A DNA stretch of 39,806 nt from Ministeria vibrans ATCC 50519 (taxonomy: Eukaryota; Protista; Filasterea): positions 1 through 39,806 of the forward strand of contig CALSCP010002750.1 in the NCBI GenBank assembly GCA_943704425.1, written 5' to 3'. Shown here one piece after another: positions 33,143 to 39,806 of this stretch (position 1 is its first letter; each line of letters starts with the position of its first letter). The notes below the pieces were generated by a model. The model was given only the letters and a program-made list of their open reading frames with translations, made no database searches and was not told the DNA's origin. The translations under genes and the position numbers were made by a program.

Positions 33143-36100
33143 TCACACATGGCCTCCTCGGCGGCCTCCTCGTCCGCGTCCGCCGCCCCCTCCACCAGGA
33201 GGGCCATTCCCGCCACTACCGCCGCCACGGGCATCACCACCGCCTCGCCCGCTTCTGCCTCCTCCACCTCGACCTCCCGTTCCTCCTCCACCCCGTCCTG
33301 TGTGTCCACCTCGGCCTCCTTCTCCACCTCCCCGTCCTGTATGTCCACCTCGTCCTCCTTCTCCACCCCCCCGTCCTGTGTGTCCACCTCGTCCTCCTTC
33401 TCCACCCCGTCCTCCTTCTCCACCTCCCCGTCCTGTGTGTCCACCTCGGCCTCCTTCTCCACCTCCCCGTCCTGTGTGTCCACCTCGTCCTCCTTCTCCT
33501 CCACCCCGTCCTGTGTGTCCACCTCGGCCTCCTTCTCCACCCCGTCCTCCTTCTCCACCTCCCCGTCCTGTGTGCCTTCCTCGTCCTCCTTCTCCACCAC
33601 CTCCTCTGCCTCTTCCTCCTTCTCGTCCCCCCTCCCCTCCTCCTCTTCCACGCCCTCGCCCTCCACCTCCTCTTCCCCCTCTTCCCCGGTAGTACTGCAC
33701 CGGCTGTGCAACCAAATCTTCCACGTCCGGCACAGCAGTGCTCGTTCCCGAATTAGAATCGCCATCGTCACCAAACCACGCTCCAAAGCTCAGCGATACC
33801 GATGGTGGCGGTCGGTACATCTCTTCGTACTCGCGCGTCGCTAGTTTCCCTCGATCCACCGTTGGCAGTCCATCATCATCGTCACCACCACCTCGTCCTC
33901 GTCCTCGTCCTCGTCCACCGCGTCCTCGTCTTCCACGCCCCCCGCGACCCTGACGAAATTTAGCATGGCGCGTTGCCGCATGGCCCGCATTAGCCAAAGA
34001 ATTGAGCACCTCGTCGCACACGAGGCAGCCGCGGTAGCTTGTCGAGTCCACTCCCGCCAAAGGCGGCGTTGTAAACTCGACGTCAAGCAGGTAAGCACCA
34101 CACGAGCCACACAGGTCTGCAAGGCGTTTTGCACGCGTCACGCGGCGCGACAGCGTCACCGTGAAGTTGCACATGTTGCACACAAAGCGCACCACAGCAC
34201 TCACACCGGCCTCAGTCGTGAGCACTCCCTCATCACAGTCGCCACACGGACACACTGCAGTCGACACCTGACTGTACGGACACGTACTTACCGTACAACG
34301 ATTGCAAGGCATAGTGCGCATTGCCACAGCGCTCGTCGACGCACCGCCAGCAGTCGCTCCACTCGCACCGGCATTGGCCGAGTAGCATCGCGGACACACC
34401 GAAATCGTCTTGGCACCTGTCGTGTGCAACACAAGTTCAAAGTCGTCAACGGGACAGCGTCGCTCCTGGTACAACTTGATCACTCCATTCGTAGGCAGTT
34501 CGTACGACTCTGTAAAGACAATATTATTTTAAGGTGCTGCAAGCAACGAACGAATTGCTCTTCGTACCGTTGCACGTTTGACAAAACAATTTTGGACTGC
34601 GCGACTCGACGAGTTTCATGTATCGTCGACAGAGACCACACTTTGAAAAGGGCTGTCCTGAGTTTTTCAACGGCGTAAACGCGACCTAACACAAAACCCC
34701 CGCAGACAATCAAAAACTCTGTGTCTTCTTTCTCTTCCTCTCACTTCAAAAAGGCTGTCCATCAGACCAATGTTGCGCGAGAACCGCTCAAATTTGTTTC
34801 GATAGATGTTTAGTGCATCCGCCAACACTTCAGCATACTACAAAGAAAAAAAATGCAATAAAACACGGGAATAAGACTTTGTCATTGCAAAATTGTCACA
34901 ATGTGATTGCGACCTTTCTCTTTCCTGTGGCAATCAGATCAAGCTGCTTCTCCATATTCGCTCGCATAGTGGGCAGCGCTAGCTCAGCGTCGATTCTCTT
35001 GTAGCCATGGATTAGCGTAATGCCAAGCTGAGTGGGTGTGAGGCGGCGATTCTGCGTGTTGAGAGAAACGTAGCAGCGGTCTATGACATTTTTGATGTGC
35101 ACAGAAATGGACGCGTCCGTGCCAATGCCGTGCGTCTCCATCAGAGAGATCAGGTCGCTTTCGCTCAGCTCGCTTGGTGGAGTCGTCTGGCGTTCACCCA
35201 CAGAGACGTTCTCAATGGAGAGACGTTGACCGCGACTGAAATCAGGCACATTCTATATGGGAAGCGAGTGAGTAAATATGAAGGTGTGTCGAGCAATGCA
35301 AGTTTCTACTTCGTCAGATGAGATGGCCGCCCATGGCATGGCAAGCGTAAAGCCAGGCTCAGTGACAGTGCGACCGTTGATGACAAAGCGCTGTGCAGAG
35401 GCACGTGATGATGACGACGACGATTGGAGCGTGAGCTCGACTTTGATGGCGGTGAAGGAGCAGTGGGGCAAGAGCGAGGCAAAAAAGTGTGACGCGACAT
35501 AGTCGTAGACGCGCCAGCGCTCACCGTCAACGCCCCCATCGTCGGGGAGTCTCGAAAGGGGTGTGATTGGAGGATGGTCACCGACGTCTCGGCCGCCCGA
35601 CGGGTGTTTAATGCCGCCAGCCTTGGCAAGCTGATCGACGAGAGGTGCGTACACGCCGTAGCGAAGCGTGTTAGCGACTGCAGCAAGATCAAACGAGGGC
35701 GCGTACGCGGTGGTTTCCGTGCGCGGGTACGAAATGTAGCCGTCCATGTAGAGTGATTCGGCAATTTGCATGGCACGATGTGGACTCAGGCCCAGCTGGC
35801 CGCTGCAGTGCTTCATCAATGCCACCGTGTTAAGGCCCACCGGTCGTTCCTTCTTGCCGGGCTTCTTCGTCACCGCAGTCACTTCGGCAACGGCACCACT
35901 GCTGAGCGACTTGACAAGCGCCTCAACAACACCTCGATCAAAGACACGGTCGTGCTGCCACTCGAGACGCACATTGCGTGACTCGAGCAGCGTTGCAGCT
36001 AGCACAAAGTAATTTCGTGGTTTGAAGCTCACAATTTCGTCGTGGCGCGCAACGCAAAAGCCAAGCGTCGGCGACTGCACAGGACCATACGAGACAACAG

Positions 36101-36797
36101 TGGCGTCCAGGTCGCCGTACTTCTCGTGGAAAAATTTGGTCTGAAAACGTGTAAAGGCACAGCCAATGCGCAAATCGAGTTCCTGACGCGCATCCACAGC
36201 GAGAGACTCGCACTCATTGGGGCTCGTCAGGTTGCGCATTGCGCGCAAAATCTCGTCGTCGGTGATGGCACTGAAGCGAGCTCGAAGGATCTTCTTCTCG
36301 CCCACCAGCTGTGGCTTGACACTGAGCAGCACTTCAAAGGCAATGTTCTCGCCCTCGCGATCACAGTCGAGCCACAGCACAACACCCGCACACCCTCGCG
36401 CCTCAGTGCTCAAATGACGCGGTATCTGCAGCTTCTTGGTGGCCTCGTCGCGGATCGTCTTGACGTCGAACAGCGACGCAGGGTCGACGGCGTTCCAGTT
36501 GTTGTACTCGGACGGAAAGTCGATCCTACAAACCAAGAGAAGACCGTTAAGTTTGGGCGAAAAAAGCGAAAGAGACAAAAAGAAAGAGAGCGAAAAAAGG
36601 CCGACGTACGAGTAGACGTGGCCACAGACGCTGGTGAAGCGCACCCGGCAGCGCTCGCCCTGCACGTCGCACTCCAGCTCGTGGACGGCACACGAAGGAG
36701 AAATTCCTTGACGAGAAGTCACTTTTCCTCGTCCGAGAATTTTCGCCAAAGAGTGCGCCAGCGATGGCTTCTCCGCCACCATAATGTACGTCTTCAT
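33143..36797 (-). CDS. TOP3B: DNA topoisomerase III beta, multi-exon
   Basis: MKTYIMVAEKPSLA, LWLDCDREGENIAFEV, AVDARQELDLRIGCAFTRFQT, YISYPRTET (catalytic Tyr), GDHPPITP, GIGTDASISVHI, C-terminal Cys-rich zinc fingers (LYQERRCPVDDFEL, CPRCY) and an RGG tail. Confidence 0.95.
33285..33600 (-). repeat. Coding 39-bp minisatellite (GGHTGRGGGEGGR)n in the TOP3B RGG tail
   Basis: About seven copies of ccccgtcctgtgtgtccacctcg(g/t)cctccttctccac on the + strand. Confidence 0.9.
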
Positions 36798-36947
36798 GGT
36801 AGGGGAAAACAAAATAAACTAAGTAAAAGTAGTTTTTGTGTTGATGAGTTGATAATTTTTTTTTTGCTAATTTGCCTCACCAGCGGTTGTTTTCAACCCT
36901 CGTGGCGTAGTTGTTTGGGAAACTCGAGAGGAGCCTGTCTGCGAGTG

Positions 36948-38242
36948 ATGCCGGGAATCCTCAAAGTGCGCGTTGTCGAAGCGCGCGATCTGCCGATTAT
37001 GGATCGCGCCACAGAGCTCACGGACGCTTATGTCGAGGTCCGCTTTGACGACGTCACACACAAGACGCCCGTGTGCAAAAAGGTAACGAAGAGAACTGGA
37101 GAAAGAGAGAGAGAGAGAGAGAAACGCCAAATAATATGATCGTGTGGTGAATAGACTCTCAATCCTCGCTGGAACCGCGATTTCCGCTTCGACGTGTCTG
37201 ACGAGGAGCTGCAAGACAATGCTCTAGAATTGCGCGTGTGGGATCAGGTAAGCTGGCGCGTGCGTGTATGTGTGAGAGAGAGAGCGAGACACTCAAAGAA
37301 AAAAAAATAGGACAAAGTTTCGTCGGATGACATTATTGGCGTTGTACACGTCGATGTGAACCCTCTGGTGCTGTCTGCGGGCGCGTCACAGATTGCTGGG
37401 TGGCTGCCCATCTTTGACACGCTGCGCGGCATCCGTGGCGAGCTCAGTGTCATCGTCAAGATTGAGTTGTTTAGCGACGTCAATCGTTTCCGCGATTCGT
37501 CGCTTGGTGTGCAGTTTTTCGCGTCGCGGGCCATTCCTGGCGGCTACGCCATCGGGTCACTGCCGGCTGGGGTTGGACTGGCTTTTGTCGAGGACGTGCT
37601 TGTCGAAGAAGATCCCGATTTCCACTTCCTTGACAACTTCCGCACAATGCGCACGTCCAACGACGCGCGTCGACGCAAGTTCTCGCAAATCACGGGCGAA
37701 CTCAAGCGCAAGATTGGGCTTAAAGTGATTGAACTGGGCGGCAACAGTGTCATTGGATTTCGCCAATTTCTTGACATTGAGGGCGACTATGGCATTGTGG
37801 CGCGTGGCATTGGCACCGCGTGCAATCTCGTTGCGCAGCCCAACCTGTCCTCATCCTCAAGCCACGGCGCACGCACACTCTCGACCATCCAGGGCACCTC
37901 TCCATCCACCACAGATCTTGCCACCAGTGACACGGCGCCCACCGACGCCCCTACACCGCTTGACCGCAATCTTGTCCAGCGACACATCCAGACCCTTCAC
38001 GATTTGCCGCTCATCACACTCTCCATCTTTCCCGAGCAAAGTGAGTCCTAATAAGAAAAAAGACGAAGCAGTTGTAGTAGTGTTAACTTGTTGTACGCAT
38101 TTGTAGCGTTGAGGAGTATTTCGGGAGTGGTGTCTGCGCGTTCGGTGAAGATTCTTGATGATGAAGATGAGAATGAACTTGGAGACCGGTAAGAGAAACA
38201 ATGCGAGACAAGAGAGAAAAAGAGAGATAGCGAGAGAGAGAT

Positions 38243-38283
<41 letters not shown>

Positions 38284-39630
38284 GAGAGGAGGGAGAAAGA
38301 AAGAAAAAGATAGTGAGAGAGAGTGAGAGAGGAGGGAGAAAGAAAGAAAAAGATAGTGAGAGAGAGTGAGAGAGGAGGGAGAAAAAACAAAATCATAGAG
38401 AGGGGAAAGAAAGAAGCAAAGGCACAAATGAGAGAGAAGAAGCAAAGAGAGCGGAAGAAAGAAGCTCATTCCTTTCATCTTCTTCTCCCTGGTGTATTTC
38501 TGCGTGTTGTTTAGTGATGAATGGTGGATGGAATTGCGAGCTGAGGTGCGGTCTCATGCGCGAGCACTAGGGTGCACTGCTGTGGTGGGTTACGTCGAGC
38601 GGACGAGCATGAGCGGTGACCTGATGATTCTGACTGCGTCGGGCACTGCAGCCGTGTTGAAGCTGACACGGAACCAACATAGCAGTACGTCTGCTGCGAC
38701 GACACGCAGTAATCCCTCTGTTGGTGGTGGTGCTAGCGGTGCTAGCGGTGGACGATCCACCACACGACGACGTCGTCAGGAGTCGTTAACAGTGGATGGT
38801 ACCGCTGATATCACAAGCGACTCCTCGCACGACCCTACATCGGCCTCAGCTGCGCCTGTTTCACTTGCAGATACGTCACCTCTTACCACTGCAGCAGCCG
38901 TGGCCATTCCCGCCTCAGCGCCTGTCTTCCCGACTAGCTCATCCACTTCTCCGCACACTCCTTCTCTCCTTCCCGAACCCTCCTCTCTTACCGGTGCCAA
39001 TACTCGCTCCGCCGTGTCTCTTTCTTCGTCCCCTCAGAATATTCGGGGAACTGCTCACGCGTGCAAATGGCGAGTAAGGGCACAGAAACAGTAGTAAAAC
39101 GTGTGTGGGTTACTAACTAACAATTTTTTGTAACAGAAACACTGTTCAGTGTGTCACGTTCCGTACACGCGCAGCTCATCACCACTGACAATGCAGCTCG
39201 TGCGCTGTCGAGTCTGTCGTCGTGGCTACGTTCCAGAGGTGACACCAATAATAATTATAATTATTATTATGTGAATAATAATGATTATTATTGATTTTAA
39301 TAATATTAATTTTATCTCGCTCAACTCTCAACGCTCGTTGCCTCTTGCTCTCACTATTAGATTATGTTTTCTACGGTTGAACCTCCACCTGAGCTTCAAG
39401 TGCACGAGACAGGCCGTCTTGTGGAGGCGCGAGTGGCACGCACGCGCAAGAAAGGCTCTGGTGAAAGTGCGGCCATTCAAATCTCCGAAATGATCCCCTT
39501 TGTCGATTATGATCTGCACATGCAACTGCTCAAGAAGCTCAAGATTCTCGGGATGAACGCAATGTTTGCCATGAGCTTCCACATTGCCATTGAAGAGGGA
39601 ATGATTGTGGCGATCATCTCAGGAACAGCG
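36948..39630 (+). CDS. C2CD5: C2 domain-containing protein 5 (CDP138/KIAA0528), multi-exon, continues past the window end
   Basis: MPGILKVRVVEARDLPIMDRATELTDAYVEVRF, KTLNPRWN, GWLPIFDTLRGIRGEL, NRFRDSSLGVQFF, RKIGLKVIELGGNSVIGFRQFLDIEG, GVVSARSVK, RDEWWMELRAEVRSHARALGCTAVVGYVE, CSVCHVPY, ISEMIPFVDYDLHMQLLKKLKILGMNAMF. Confidence 0.95.
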
Positions 39631-39806
39631 GTAAGAGAGATATATAGATAGAGAGAGAGAGAGAAAGGAGGGAGAAAGAAACAAAGTGATAGAGAGAAAG
39701 GAGGGAGAAAGAAACAAAGTGATAGAGAGAGAGAAAGGAGGGAGAAAGAAACAAAGTGATAGAGAGAGAGAAAGGAGGGAGAAAGAAACAAAGTGATAGA
39801 GAGAGA
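39631..39806 (+). repeat. Intronic GA-rich minisatellite (gagaaaggagggagaaagaaacaaagtgatagag)n
   Basis: Four near-identical units; related GA-rich arrays at 38200-38400 and 19600-19740. Confidence 0.85.

Noticed and set aside
33088-33844. Poly-Pro, Ser-rich, His/Leu-rich and acidic ORFs overlapping the TOP3B tail
   Set aside because: Alternative-frame or antisense shadows of a stop-free GC-rich repeat.

Overview
Compact, intron-rich eukaryotic DNA: GC-rich exons, short GT-AG introns, AT- or GA-microsatellite-rich introns and spacers, and five N-gaps. The gene content suggests a unicellular opisthokont, probably a holozoan such as a choanoflagellate or filasterean (inference). Genes reconstructed by hand splicing, in order: secreted CxPxR arylsulfatase (-), NOM1/Sgd1 (-), ANKZF1/Vms1 (+), doublecortin-like kinase (-), an unknown protein with three C-terminal NPF motifs (-), a CNK-like scaffold with SAM-CRIC-PDZ-charged repeat-PH architecture (+), a PTS2-bearing acyl-CoA oxidase (-), two tandem F-box + 31-aa ankyrin-repeat genes with no visible introns (-), a spliced 72-aa membrane microprotein (+), an L-rhamnonate dehydratase-family enzyme (+), TOP3B with an expanded RGG array (-), and C2CD5 (+, runs off the window). 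Two tail-to-tail poly(A)-ended repeat ends lie at 7803-8128. The most notable items are the recently duplicated, unit-shuffled F-box/ankyrin pair (candidate variable SCF substrate receptors) and a full-architecture CNK scaffold whose SAM and most of whose PH domain are hidden from the ORF track by short exons. All family assignments rest on motif recognition from memory; no database search was run.
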